Shown piece after piece: positions 26,033-39,697 of a DNA stretch of 64,000 bases (positions are counted from its first letter, which is position 1; each line of letters begins with the position of its first letter). The DNA is taken from assembly GCA_004764695.1 (NCBI GenBank), contig SMSO01000008.1, forward strand, positions 434,001 to 498,000, in the 5' to 3' direction. The stretch is from Schizochytrium sp. TIO01. Taxonomy: Eukaryota; Protista; Bigyra: Labyrinthulomycetes. The notes beneath the pieces were generated by a model. That model was not told the DNA's origin. It was given only the letters and a program-made list of their open reading frames with translations, and ran no database searches. The position numbers were made by a program, and so were the translations under genes.

Positions 26033-28713
26033 TGAGATCGTGATATTTGTTGATCTATTTAGTTGTCGGTTTGGCTGTTTGGAACTGGGAAGAAAGGTCG
26101 TGACGGAACTGCTTCGGAGAGGCCGCCTTGCATGTCTTGCCTGGTCTGGAGTTGCCTACTTTTTCTTGCCTGGTCTTGACGCAGGCTCTGACTCATTGAT
26201 TGCCTGATTCTCTCACTGACCGAAAGAGAGACTCAGGTCCTGGTTCTGAAGAATTCCGCACCGCCATTGTGCACACCCTGAGAAACGAGCAGGAACCCGT
26301 TCTGAATGGGCCCACAAGTGGCCATCAAGGTGGCCTTTTGGCCATAATGGTCTCCGTCATCGAACCTGAAAGCACTCTTGGAGTTCCCCCCGGAGCTGTA
26401 GCTGCAGTAGTCCGCAGTAGTTGTGGCATGCGTGGCTTGTCTCAAGCTGCTCCAAGTGAAGCAAGCCAAACTAACAAACAAACTAACTAACTTTCCATCT
26501 TGCAGAATTGTAAAAGACAAACTAACTAACGAATTTTAAGACTACCTAATTTACCTCTTCGCTTGCTTGCTTACTTACTTACGAACTTCCGGCGCCTGTC
26601 TCAGTGAGGGCGTCTCGGAAGAAGACTTCTGTGAGGGAGTGGGAATTAATAACTCGAAAACCTCTTTTCGTATCGATCGATTGATTGATTTGGTTTGATG
26701 AAAACAGAGATACGAAAGAAAGTGTGGGACCCGGCCTAATGACTGCTTAGGCGAAGTACTAGAGGTTTATTAAAAAAAAAAAAACCATTTTAATAAACAA
26801 TTAAAAAAATCTAAGGTGTATTCCACGATGGATGGATTCACTGCAGTGATCGATCGATGTAGTGCAGTGACTACCTATTGCCACGACCTTCAATAGTTTC
26901 GTGCTCTTCGGAGGATCACTCAGGCGATCGCGTGAAGTGAAAGTCAGTGCGCGCATGCGAATGCCTAATTGAGATATTGACAGGCAGAATGAAGGCAGAT
27001 CTCGCGCTGTTAAGTCGTTTGGTTATTTTTTCACTCAGGCCGGCCAGGATTATTAGACAGCGTGGATTGCTGGGCCTGTGTAAAACCCGCCCTCGGCTGC
27101 GACAGGAACGAAGTCTCGCGGCGAGAGTGCCAGAACAGCGGAAGCTACTTGCTTCGGAGCCGAGACTGAAGATCATGACGGCGGAGGTGGAACGAGCCGG
27201 AGGTGGAAAGAAATGGATTTTATTCATCATTGATTCTCATTCGTTCGCCCTCAGAGAACGCGTGAGATAGATAACGCCAGACTGACTGCTGTAGGTACTT
27301 ACTTTATTGCCTGTAATACATACGGGACACATACCTACCTTCCTTCAATCCTGCGGCAATACTTTTTAATTTATTTTTAAAGAGGCCCAAATTCCGCAAT
27401 TGTTGGTTTGTTCGTTCTTTAACACAAAGAAAGCAATCACTCCAAGAACCAGATCAAATGCAATCGAACGTGAGGAAGAGGACGACGAGGAGGATGAGGA
27501 GATGTCCAATGCCAAGCGATCCCGTTCTGCCCGTTTTAACCGCAACGACGGCGTTGGCGCCAGTCAGGAGAACTCGCAGGCACAGCCTGTGACTCGTGTC
27601 CGTCGCTCGGGACAGTTTCCTCGGCTTGCCGGCTTAGCCTTCTGCTGATTCTTCGCTGGCTTGGTTGACCCAAGTCAGTTGCTGCGGCGCAGAGCTCGGC
27701 CAGACCAAGCAAGCCGAGGTGGAACGAAGGAGCTCTTGTGTGTCATGCTGGCCTGTTACTTCTTCAAGCAGGCAGGCAGTCGCTCGCTCACTCACTCACT
27801 CTCTCGCGTGCCAAAGAGTCCCATCGTTCTTGACAATTCGCTCATGACGTGGACTTCTGTCTGCTTCATCCATCCCACTCACGTTCTCTGCTCTCTCCGC
27901 GCACGAGGTCTTCTTTCGAGACGTGAGACGCTCGAGCGAATTTGCCTCCTCAAGGTTTTACAGAGAATCAAGAAGTCGCGAGCGAGTTGAGACTGCAGAA
28001 GAAGCAACTAGGCAGGCAGGCAGACCTGAGGCTGGGAAGACCGCAGGCAACGAGGGAGAGCGGCGGAGGTGGCTGCCCGGCCAGCGCAGGGTTTTCCACG
28101 TGTGGCTCGTTCTCTGCGTCATTCATGTCTCTAATACATAACCAAAAATAAGTTCTGACCACGATGGCATTTGGAGGAACTAACGAGTCAAGCTTGCTTA
28201 CCAGCCTCCTAAGCCCGCCTAGAGGTTTCTCTGCCAGCTGACTAAAGTGTTTATCGCCAGCTTGCCAAGGCAAGGCTTGAAAAGAAAGAAATCATGAACT
28301 TGATCAAGTCGATTGGATAAAAGTTGGCCAGCAAGTTCTCCAAGCTATTCCCGTGCCAGATACGCGCAGATAACGCATCGTTTGCCTTCCCCTTCCTTGG
28401 AGGCTTCTTGCCGGCTTGTCAACGTAGTTGTCAAAGAGCGCCACCTCCTCCGAGCCAGCCTGGCCTTGGAAAGCAGGGACCACGATTTTAACTTCATCGC
28501 CGTAGCTTCTTTCAATTGCTTTCTTCTTCTTTAAAACAGCTGCCAGCGCGTCGTTCTACTAGCCCGCCACTACTATTTACACTAGTGCTCTCGCAGGCCA
28601 CCGTGAGACGTGCTTCTGTAAATAGCTGCTCTAGTGTCTGAGCGAAGTCCAAATTATTCAAAGGTTTGGCTAACGTCTAAGACCACGCTCCCGATGTCTT
28701 GATGTTTGATTCA

Positions 28714-28744
<31 letters not shown>

Positions 28745-28857
28745 TTTTTTGGTGAAGGTTCTACCAGCTCGTGCACCTCTTTGGGAGCAATTTGCCTCAC
28801 ATTAAGATTTGTCGTGATGATTCATTATTTTAATTATTTTAATTATTTTAAATACAT

Positions 28858-28917
28858 ATTCATTCATTCATTCATTCATTCATTCATTCATTCATTCATT
28901 CATTCATTCATTCATTC
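28858..28917. repeat. (CATT)n microsatellite
   Basis: About 14 units. Confidence 0.95.
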
Positions 28918-31247
28918 GTGATTCGTATGCACCGTACGGGCGAGACAACTCGAGCGCGGGTCGAGATCTCTGCGAAACTTCGTCCTATCCAGAGGCCGCC
29001 TTCGCCTTCAGAACAAGAAGAAGGCGCAGGCAATTTCATGTAGCAGAAAGAAAGAACCGTAATATTCTTGCTACATTCGTTTGACTTTACAAGTTTATTT
29101 ATCATGACAGGGCACTTTCTTTCTTTCACAAGGTTTTCTCACTCTCTGCTTTGCTATAATGTGTTCTTTTGCTTAAGAAATGTAATCTTTCGAAAAGTCG
29201 AAAAGAAAAGCTAACTTTCCGGACGAACCCGGTTCTAACGTCGAGACAAATAGCAAGTTGGCTGTAGAAGAAACAGCTGCAGAAAGCCCAAGAGTAGGAA
29301 CCAGCTTGAACCCCTCGTCCAACAAAAGCTGTCACGAGCAAACTTGAAGATGGGTAAATTGTCAAACAAAAAAACAAAAAACTTTACAACTTGAAAGAAT
29401 GAACTAGGAGAGTAGATTGTGGAGTGACTTCATCGGTTCCTGCTGTTCTCCCATTGGAAACCACCTCATCCCCATCACAAGATATAACGGGGATGTTCCA
29501 AGACCAACTCTAAGTATGAGTTTCTGTGTTTTATTTTTCTTTATTTTTGTCAATAAATTAAAAAAGATAAAGAACATCAAATCAAGTCAAAGAAGCGCCT
29601 CGTTCCAAATAAACAGGTACCTACCTACTTAACTACCTCTTCGCTGCTGCTCAGGCCAGTCCATTTCAGAGAGCGCCATCAAAACAAAGGAAAATACAGC
29701 CATTCGTATCATACTAACAAGAAGAACCCGAACCACAGTCAGTCAGTCAGTCAGTCAGTCAGTCAGTCATTCAATTAATCAATCAATCCAACAATCAATC
29801 ACAATCAATCACTCAAACCGATCGTATCAACCAAGTCCTGGCTGACATCTGTGATCACGAAACCGCCCATAACGAACAGCAAATCAGTCCAATCTGCGCA
29901 TCAACCACAATCTACATACCTCCATTACACAATGCACAATCCAATCCAATCCAAATCAAATCAGTCAATCGCTTCACCCTTTCTATGTGCTACCAGCCAA
30001 CCTCTACCACTCTCCTATTGCCCACTAGCTTTTCCTCTTACCAAGAAGCAAAACAAAACAATTCACTATTAATTTTAAATAAAAAAGAGAAAACGAATAA
30101 CCAACAAAAAAAACATTATTATGGAATATACAGCGCACACCACTCGCTAGGCGCCTTCTATCTACTATACTAGTAGTACTGCCAGAACAAGGAGGCACTC
30201 CTCTTTCCTTACAAGGAAGCAGAGGCAGGCGCCTTCTTCCTTCCTCGTGACCCCTTCCTTCCAGAGGGCAGCGCAAGCAGGCAGCTCGCTCGGGCGCCAG
30301 CTGCGGCGGCAGGCACTTCGGCGGCGTCCCAGCCCGTACAGCGCTCGCGCCGCTGCTCTGGGGCGTCCAGCAGCCTCTGTTTGTTTCCCTGGCTCGCTCC
30401 AGGTTTTACGAGGGCGCTTGCCCTGGTTTCTCCCCTTTCTTGGCCCTTTTTTTAATTTAGTCCCTTGCAATTGATTGCCTCACTCACTCAGTCATTCGTC
30501 TCTTCAGCGCCATATCATACATACATACATACATACATCATATTATAACCACCGTCAACGGCGCCGTATCCATATCTCTGCTGCAGGAAGGCATTTGTTA
30601 TGTGTACCTGCGCAGGCAGAAAAGAAACCTTTGCCGTAAACTCCGCTCATTCCTCAAACCCAACTTGAAAGATGACGTGAACTTCTTCTTCTTCGTGGCA
30701 AGCGAATTAAATTGATTGATTGCATACATGGCATGCGGAGATCGTGAGTGAATTTGATGCACGCCTCCAATTCGAGCTCGCCCAAGGTACGAGGCTGTTA
30801 CGCCGCTCTTAGGCTTGCGGCTAGCAAGCGGATCGCTGCATAGTAGGACAGTGCAGCGTAACGAAGAGGAACCCGCTGTAGTTCGTGGTGCTGAAGAAGC
30901 TAGCAAGCAAAGCAAGCAAGCAAGCAGCAAATCAGGAGGAGGTCTCGCGTAATAATTGTTCGGCCGCGTGTGTCTTCGCATATTTGTTTGTTTGATTGAT
31001 TGATTGATTGATGGGCGCAAGTATCTTGAACTGAAGGCCTTTGGCCCTCTTTGGCCGCTTGCTTTGCCCTGGTCTGCTGTTTTGATTGACTTGGACTTTC
31101 AAGTACCTTAAAGTGCTTCGTGATCCTTTTTCTCATCGCTACTTTAGTTTTAGATTTTTCTTTCGATGAGGGTACGTACCTACCAACTTACACTTTGCCA
31201 GACTGCCTTTTCTTCCCTTGTGTGCTTATAAACAGATCCTCTTTTCA

Positions 31248-31278
<31 letters not shown>

Positions 31279-33519
31279 GTTTGTCCAAGTTATACTGTAT
31301 CTAACAACCTTTTAAAAGAGAAGAAAATAAAAGTTCAAGAGTTCAATAGATTTGGTGACATTTCATTTTAAAAAGATGAAGAAAAGAAAAGATAAAAAGA
31401 AAAGAAAAGAAGAAGAAAAAGTAAGGGGTAATAAAACGTTCTAGTTAAAATACTATTTAATTAATTGACTCGCCTGTGAAATAGCACTGCCTTTTACTCC
31501 TCTTTTAAAAACAACCTCAACGACTGATTTTCTATGAACGAGGCTCCCTTCCTTACAACATCAATGAAACAAACACAGCCTCGTTCTTCTCCTTCTTCTT
31601 CTCCTTTGCACCGATCTTACCGCCAAAGCAAGCCGCTGATGGATCCGCTCTAAAATACGTCGCCAGCTGTCCCTTCCCCTCTTGCCCCCTTCCATGGCAG
31701 CCCAACGGGTGCGTTTCGCTCAGGGTCGTCTGCTCGGAGCCCTCGAGAGCGCTCGAAGAAGGCCTCTCTTTGCTTTAGAAGCAGAGAGAGAGAGAGAGAG
31801 AGCTGCGCCTGCTCCGCCGCCCTGCTATCAACTAGCGGGGGAGGGAAAAGAGGCGCCTCGACGCCGTGTTCGCGACTTCATTGCGGGTTGAAGGGGCGAG
31901 GCGGCTAGGGCCCCTTAGGCGCGCACTAGGCCCTCTAGGCTGGGCAGAGAAAGAAAGAAGAGAGAGAAAGAAAGAATGAAAGAAAGAAAGAATGAATGAA
32001 TGAATGAATGAATGAAGAAGAAGAAGAAAAGCGCCCTTTCCACGATCTCGATGTCTGTTTTTTGTCTGTCTGTCAGTCTGTGTGCGTGGCTGGTTCTCTG
32101 AAGGTGGTGATTCTGGCGCGAGAACCGCAGTCTGCTCTGGTCTGCTCAGAAAGTGGTCCGCCGCAGCAGAGAACCTTGATTCAGGGCAGCAGAGCGAAAG
32201 GCGCGTCGCCGAGGACTTATGGAGAACGAGGGACCGCGTTGGCTTTGCTCCGTAGTACCTCTTCTCTTCTCTTCTCTTCTTTTCTTTTCTTTCTTTTCTT
32301 GTCTTTTCTTGTCTTTTCTGCTCTGCTTGCTGTTGTCACTTTTTGAATAATAATAATAAATGAATGAACGAATGAAAAAAAAAGTAGAAGCACATGTATA
32401 TTATATTAAATAAAAAACGAAGTGGTGAGCATAGAGTAGACAGCATACTTTTTAAAGTTAAAAGAGCACCATGGATGGAAGGTGTCTATTTTAGGCAGTA
32501 AAAGAGGTGTTTAGTTGAAAGTTAGTTTTGTGGGTTTGGCTGTTCGCACAAGTAACAATCAGAGAGGAACGAACGAACAAGAATCGATATAGATGAACCA
32601 AACAGATCGAGCGACAAAGAAACCAATATACACGAACAAATCACTAAATCTATAACTTGTAAAGTAAATAAATACGGAGGCGCCGGTTCTGGCTTCGGCA
32701 AAGAGCCCGTTCTCGCGCGAGCAAATCGATGGGTTTCGAGACTTCGTGTTCCCGCTCCCTTCGAAGCGCACTTACGAACTATGCGTTCGCACGGGCCTGC
32801 CTGAGAAACAGAGGAATAAATAAGCCCACGCGCAATCGATGGATGGGTCCTCACAGCGCAGCAACGAAAGAAACCAACAACCGGGGCTAAATAAACATAA
32901 TCATCATAAACGAGGGCAGGTGTTCGTTCTCCTTTCCATGAGCGGCCTTGATTTGCGATTTTAGTATAGAGTTCAACAAAAAGGAGATGACTAAGTACGA
33001 TCAAGGTAAAGCACACTTTAGCTTTATACAAGGAATTGAGGAGGAGATTGTCTGCTTTGTCTGTTTTCTTTAAGGAAAAGGGAATGCGGAAAAGACTCTC
33101 ACTCACACACACTAAACAAATAAACAAACAAACAAGCAAACAAATAAATAAATAAATTTATAGATTAATCGATAGGTCAATCAATCAATCAGTCAATCAA
33201 TCAATCAATGGATAAACAAATAAAGAAACTCCGTGCAAAGGTGCAGATGGCTCTGTATGTATGTATGTTGAGTTGTTAATTTGTTTGTTTGTCGTTGGAC
33301 GCGTGGGCGATGATGAGCTCAAAGAGAGAGGACGACTGAGCCGGAGCTGTGTTGACGACCACTGTAATCGTGTGCTTATTAGCTCCAGCGCGCTGCTTCT
33401 TGCGTTCGCTCGCAGAACTGGCTCAAAGAACGGCGGCGAACGTCGCGCTCCGATCGATCTGAACTGGCTGATTACCGTAGCAGGTACCTATAATTGAGAG
33501 CACAATAGCCAAAGCAACG

Positions 33520-33730
33520 TGAATGAATGAATGAATAAATAAATAAATAGATAAATAAATAAGTAATGAATAAATAAATAAGTAATGAATAAATAAATAA
33601 ATAAATAAATAAAGACATAAATAAATCAATGAAAGAATGAAAGAATGAAAGAATGAAAGAATGAAAGAATGAAAGAATGAAAGAATGAAAGAATGAAAGA
33701 ATGAAAGAATGAAAGAATGAATGAAAGAAT
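33520..33730. repeat. Degenerate (AAAT)n tract followed by (AATGAAAG)n octamer array
   Basis: The octamer repeats about 12 times at 33628-33730. Confidence 0.95.
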
Positions 33731-34712
33731 TGGCCAATATCCAGAGCCTTCGGTCCTCTGCTCGTGGCGGGTTCTTTCGTGCGCATCGCCTTCGTCCCCC
33801 GAGTCCGCAAGCAAGGCTTCCTTGCGCCTCGGGCGTTATCTCCACGCTCGCCACGCCCTGCGCTCGCTGCCTAGACGGCGACGGCGACGACGGCGGCGAC
33901 GACGACGCGGCGGTACAAACAAACAAACAAACAAACAAAAGCGCGAGCCGCACGCTCAGGCCGCGGGGTCCTAGCGGCGCCTAGGCGGCTCCTACCGCCC
34001 TGCAAGGCGGAACCAGTTCAAGGTGCTCATTAAGCCGGTTCTCCTGCTCGCCGTGTATCATCGCACGAGCGGGAACAGCGACAGCTTTCAGGGCCGTTCT
34101 GTGTAGGCAGTGCGAGCGCGTATGGGAACACAGAAGCGCATGCATGCAATTACATACATACATACATATGCATACATATACATTCATCTATTCATCTATT
34201 CATACATACATACATACATACGTACACGAATGAAGGATTATATACGAAGAACAGTGTGTGCGCATGAATGTATGAATGAATAGATGAATGTGTTTGTATG
34301 AATGTGTATGAGGAGGAGAGAGAACGAGAGCGAAATGACGAGGTCAAGGGCCGGCGAGGAGAAGGAGGGGTCAGGATCGCGCACGGCTTCGGGGCTCTTC
34401 TGGGACCGTCAAGGCGAGGCGAGGCGAGACCCGCCGGCCCTTCGGTCAGCGCAGGAGAGAGAGAAGAAGGCCGCGCATGGTGCTGTTCTTATGACCCAAG
34501 CAAGAGTCGCTCTCGGCTTTGCAAGGGAGGTTCTCAGGCGCCCATACTGTGCGTATTATAGAACCGGCAATGACGGAGCAGAAGAAAACACGGTGCTTTC
34601 TCTTTTCTTTCTTTCTTTTATTTGTTTGTTTGTTTGTTTTATTTTTATTTTTGATGAATAAAAAGTTGCTCTTTCATTCGCTCGAAGTTGCTGGGCTTTC
34701 TTTCTTCAAAAA

Positions 34713-34856
<144 letters not shown>

Positions 34857-35197
34857 ACAAAGAAAGACGACTGCAGCCGAGAGAACGTCCCTCGCAGACG
34901 AGGCGGGGGGAGAGGCAGCGGCCGCCGGCGAGGCGTCCCAAGCACACCGCAGGCGGCCGGATGCCGGCTGACCTCGAGGCTGCCGACCTCGGAACGAGGA
35001 AATCAAGAAATTACGAGCGTTTTCTTCGCAGCGCTGCGCCTGTGGTTGATTTCTCAGCGCCTCCGGTTATTATATTGACTGTAAAACCTGTCTCATCTCT
35101 TTATTTATTTTAAACGACTAAAAACCTTCTTTGCAAGGAAACAACAGACAACAGCATCTAGTTTCTTTTCTATTTTCACTGTTTTCCCCTTTCAATA

Positions 35198-35235
<38 letters not shown>

Positions 35236-36739
35236 GAGAAGGCTTTCTTCTTTCATGGTGAGAAGGGAAAGAACATCGGTTCTTCTCAGGCGCGCTTTAG
35301 TTGAGAATTAGTTTGTTTGCCTGAAAATGAAAATGAAAATGAAAATGAAAACGAAAACGATTCACGAAGAGCGAGCAGCCTTTCTTTCCCATATTGCGCA
35401 CAAGAGAGAACGGCCTCGAGGCCGGATACGCCCGCTCTCGCGCGATGGACTTCTGACCGACGGATCGACCCGTGGACCCTCTTTCTCTCTTTCGCCCTTT
35501 ATTGCGCCTCCGCCGCCGTGGCCTGCGACGAATAAATGAATAAATGAATAAATAAATAAATAGATAAATGAATAAATAGATAGATGAATGAATGAATAAA
35601 TGAATAAATAAATAAATGAATGCACGAGGAGACTTAGAAGAGAGACGAGAACGTCTGATGATGATGGTGGATGAAAAGAAAAGGGTGCGCAGGATGGCAG
35701 AAAAGACAAGTAGCGGCCTCGATGATTAGGTGGTTAGCTGTCTTTCTCTCTCCTATTACGAATGGGGCGACTGCAGAGCGGCAGAATTCCTTTTAGTTGA
35801 TTGAAGTTCTTTGGGTTGAATTAATGTAAAAAGCGGAGGTCAAATGATGTATGTATGTATGGATGTCTGAGGGTGGTTTAGACGGTGCTTCGTTTGCATC
35901 TGTTGCTTTCTTCGCTGCTTTGAGTGCACGGAAGAGAGTGAACGCAAGGCCGAACAAGCAGAAACGCCAGTCTTGAGCGAGGAGCAGGAGGAGAGCAAAG
36001 AAGGCCTGCCTCGGCATGAAGAAGGCGGGAGTGCCTTGGAGGAAAAGAAAAGAAGCGCGCTTGTTGGCTGTAGTTTACATGCAGGGAAAAGAAACTAAGG
36101 ACTAGATGAATCTCTTTTATTTATGATTAAATAACTAAATAAATAAAAATCATTAGTTGTGGTTTGTTGTTCGTTTCAAAATAAAAATAAATGTTTTGTT
36201 CTGTTTTTTTTTTTTTTTTTTTAAATAGCTATTTTTCTTTTGAATTTGAAAAGGAGGAAAGGAATTGCGAAAAAGGAATTGCGGAAAAGAAAAGCAAAGA
36301 ATGCAAGAAAAAGCTAGAGAAGAGAAAAGGAGCGGCGCACTTCTTCTTCTTCTTCTTTTCCTTCTTCTTCTTCTTCTTCTTCTTCTTCTAATAATAATAA
36401 TAATAATTTATTTTATTTTTTTTTTGGAGGAGCAAATGTAATAGAGAAAGAAGAAGAAAAGTAGAAAAGAAGTAAAAATAAAAGAAACAAAAGGCAGGAA
36501 AAGACAAACAAGAAAAGGCAACAACAACAAGAACAACAACAACAACAAGACGAGGTCCACGCCCGCCAGGAGCGAGGTCGCAGCAGCAGCAAACCAGCAA
36601 CAGCAAAACCCAAACCTTCGAAGCCAGCCTTCAAAGCCTCGCCAAGAGCCTCGCTCTTCGCGCAAGCACAAAACAAACCATCAACTAGCCTCCAGCAGCA
36701 GCAGCAGCTCGCTTGTAAGCTCTCCTTCAGTACAACAGG

Positions 36740-38446
36740 ATGCTCGCCCGCCGTGTTCGCTCCGCCGCCCTTGTGGGCCGCCGCACCTTCTCCGCGGCCA
36801 GCACCTCCAACCCTGCCGCCAAGGCCGCCGGCAACGCCGCCCCTGAGGTGAACGACCTCCTCCAGAACATCCAGCAGAAGAAGGCCGCCGCCAAGGGCGA
36901 CGTCGTGGACCCCGTCGAGCGCGCCGGCACTGAGCCCGACTGGACTCTCCCGGAGACCTACGCCGCCACCACCCGCCCCCCTCACCAGGCCTACACCCTC
37001 TCCCCTGCCGCCTACGAGAGCCAGGCCTTCTACGAGGTCGAGAAGGAGCGCGTCTGGGGCAAGTCCTGGGTTTGCATCGGTCTTGCCGAGCAGATCCGCC
37101 AGCCCGGTGACACCATCACCGCCGAGCTCGCCGGCCAGCCCATCTTCGCCGTCCGCGACAAGAAGGGTGACCTCAACGGCTTCCTCAACGTCTGCCGTCA
37201 CCGTGGATCCAAGCTCGTCCGCAAGGATGGTCGCTACCCTGTGATCTCCTGCCCGTACCACCGTTGGGGCTACGCCCTCGACGGCCGCCTCCTCGCCACC
37301 CCCATGTGGGACACCGTCGAGGGTGGTGTTCGCTACGACTCCAAGACCGGTACCTTCAAGGAGTCCAAGGCTCAGGCCAAGGCCCGCAAGCAGCTCGGCC
37401 TCCGCGCCGAGTCTGGCCTCACCGACGAGGAGGCCGCCCAGCAGGTCGAGGAGGCCGAGCTCCGCGCCATTGAGTCCCAGAAGGCTGCCGAGGCCGCCAC
37501 CAAGGCCGCCAAGGCTGGCAAGCCCTGCGACCAGATGTCCGGCATCATGCAGGCCTTCGACACTGCTCACATCGATGCCTTCGACAAGAACGACTTCAGC
37601 CTCTTCAAGGTCCGCGTCGAGCAGTGGGGCTGCTTCATCTTCGCCACCATGGCTTCTGAGGCCGAGACCCCCGACCTCAAGACCTGCCTCGGTGATGTTG
37701 TGACCCAGCTCGAGTCCTACGACCTCGAGAACCTCGTCACCGTCCGCTCCAAGCAGTACGACTCCAAGGCCAACTGGAAGCTCCTCGCTGAGAACTTCAT
37801 GGAGTACTACCACCTTCCCTCCGTCCACCCCGCTCTCTGCAACGTCTCCCGCGTTGACGACCACCACCGTGAGCAGGGTACCTCCATGGCTGTGTCCTTC
37901 GTGACTCGCCCTCTCACCAACGGTGGCACCCCCATTGACCCGGATGTCCTCCCCGCCTTCCCCGGCATGGCTGAGAAGTGCAAGCTCGACGGTGTCTTCC
38001 ACCAGCTCTTCCCCAACGTCTTCTACTTCCTCCTCCCCAGCCACATCTTCGTTGTGCGCCTCGACCCTCAGTCTGTTGACCGCACCATCGAGCACGCTCA
38101 CCTCCTCGTTCACCCCAGCGTGATTGAGGACCACGAGGTCCGCAAGGAGACCGAGATCCTCAACGAGAAGATCGACGCCATGATGGCCTTCTACGACATG
38201 ACCAACAAGGAGGACATTGACATCTGCGAGATGGTCCAGGAGGGTGTCAAGAACAAGCAGTACAAGGGTGGCCGTGTTTCCTTCCGCTTCGAGGAGACCA
38301 TCCACCGCTTCCAGAACATGCTTATTGACCACATGGTTGGCTACCCCGGCCGCGTCCCCAAGGGTGATGCCGACATCCCCTTCTACATTGGTGGCAAGAC
38401 CCCCGTTGAGGCCCGCTCCCAGCTCTACAACCACGAGAACCAGTAA
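36740..38446 (+). CDS. Rieske non-heme iron monooxygenase alpha subunit (choline monooxygenase / CntA / GbcA-like), with predicted mitochondrial presequence
   Basis: 568-aa ORF with strong C-ending codon bias. Rieske motif CRHRG...CPYH; mononuclear Fe motif NWKLLAENFMEYYHLPSVHP; distal EDIDICEMVQEG. N-terminus MLARRVRSAALVGRRTFSAAS is Arg/Ala/Ser-rich with no acidic residues. Confidence 0.95.
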   Translation: MLARRVRSAALVGRRTFSAASTSNPAAKAAGNAAPEVNDLLQNIQQKKAAAKGDVVDPVERAGTEPDWTLPETYAATTRPPHQAYTLSPAAYESQAFYEVEKERVWGKSWVCIGLAEQIRQPGDTITAELAGQPIFAVRDKKGDLNGFLNVCRHRGSKLVRKDGRYPVISCPYHRWGYALDGRLLATPMWDTVEGGVRYDSKTGTFKESKAQAKARKQLGLRAESGLTDEEAAQQVEEAELRAIESQKAAEAATKAAKAGKPCDQMSGIMQAFDTAHIDAFDKNDFSLFKVRVEQWGCFIFATMASEAETPDLKTCLGDVVTQLESYDLENLVTVRSKQYDSKANWKLLAENFMEYYHLPSVHPALCNVSRVDDHHREQGTSMAVSFVTRPLTNGGTPIDPDVLPAFPGMAEKCKLDGVFHQLFPNVFYFLLPSHIFVVRLDPQSVDRTIEHAHLLVHPSVIEDHEVRKETEILNEKIDAMMAFYDMTNKEDIDICEMVQEGVKNKQYKGGRVSFRFEETIHRFQNMLIDHMVGYPGRVPKGDADIPFYIGGKTPVEARSQLYNHENQ

Positions 38447-39427
38447 GCGAAAGCTACTCGGGTTGTTCGACTCACAAAATCACAATATAGTCAATACTCT
38501 CTTCCCTCTACCTCACTCTCAATGATTGCAAGATCTGCAGTCCCACAAAAAAATAACACAAACGCGCGTTTTGACGCACAAGTCCCCGTTCCGTGTAATA
38601 ACTCCTGAATGTTTTTTCCTTTGATCATCATTGCCTTCTTCACCCTTTTTGTCTATCTTTGAATATTTGGTAAGCTGGAGCAAGATAAGATCATCGTCAT
38701 CAACAACATCAAACTTTCTGGAGAATACATACACACATACGCAAGAGTACTTTGATATCCCATCAACGATTACTTTGAACTGGTGAGTTCAGTGGGGGCC
38801 AAGGATCTTCGTTCTATCTTTCGAGTTGGTACTTTCTCTGCTCGTACGAGGTCATTCGTGACCTCCTTCTTACGAACAGGTTATATCCTTAACCGATTGT
38901 ATGCACTTCTTTCTATATCTAAAAGTTTCTCGATATTAAAAATCTTCAAAATTAGAAAATTATTCTCAAGTTTCAAAACATGAAAGAAAGAAAAGAAGAA
39001 AAAAAAGTTTGTTACAATCAACATTTCTTCTTGCTCCAAGTTCTTTGGCATAATACATGGAATTATCATGCCCTGTACTGGTCAGGAGAACCAAGCTCAG
39101 CGCACCTCTTTTCCAGACTGACTGTGTGGCGACTTGACCTTGACCCTTTTTTTCCCCTTGTCTTCAAGGCCTGTTATGTGCCCAAACAGGAACGCCAAAA
39201 GTGCAAACATATGCTTTTTACAATATTTTGCCTAATTGCTTCCCGACACATTCGCGAGACGTAATTTTATTTTACTATGCGCGAAAACTGAGGCTGTTTT
39301 TCATTGCAGGCTTATTGAAGACAACCAATATATTACGCAAAAAACAACCCAAAAAAACTATGTATTTCCTACAAGATTTTCCAATTAGTTGATTTCTTAA
39401 GTGAGCAAGATTCTTAGCATGCATGGG

Positions 39428-39462
<35 letters not shown>

Positions 39463-39697
39463 TAACGCTATAGCTATTAAGTACAATGAAGATCAATTGC
39501 TCCTTCTCAAAGCTAACATATAAAGTTCTTTTATTTCCTATGTCAGCAGTAGCTGACTTGATACCTTCGCCTAGATATTGATAAGGTTAGAAACGATTAT
39601 GATTTTGTATCCTTTATTACGTATGTCATCATTGATGTATGCATGTGTTGTAAAGTTTAATGGATGGTTCATCCGTCCAAGCTATATGCTACCTTAG

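Noticed and set aside
36413-38434. 673-aa antisense ORF over the Rieske gene
   Set aside because: Shadow of the strong C-ending codon bias on the sense strand; it has no motifs and runs into microsatellite sequence.
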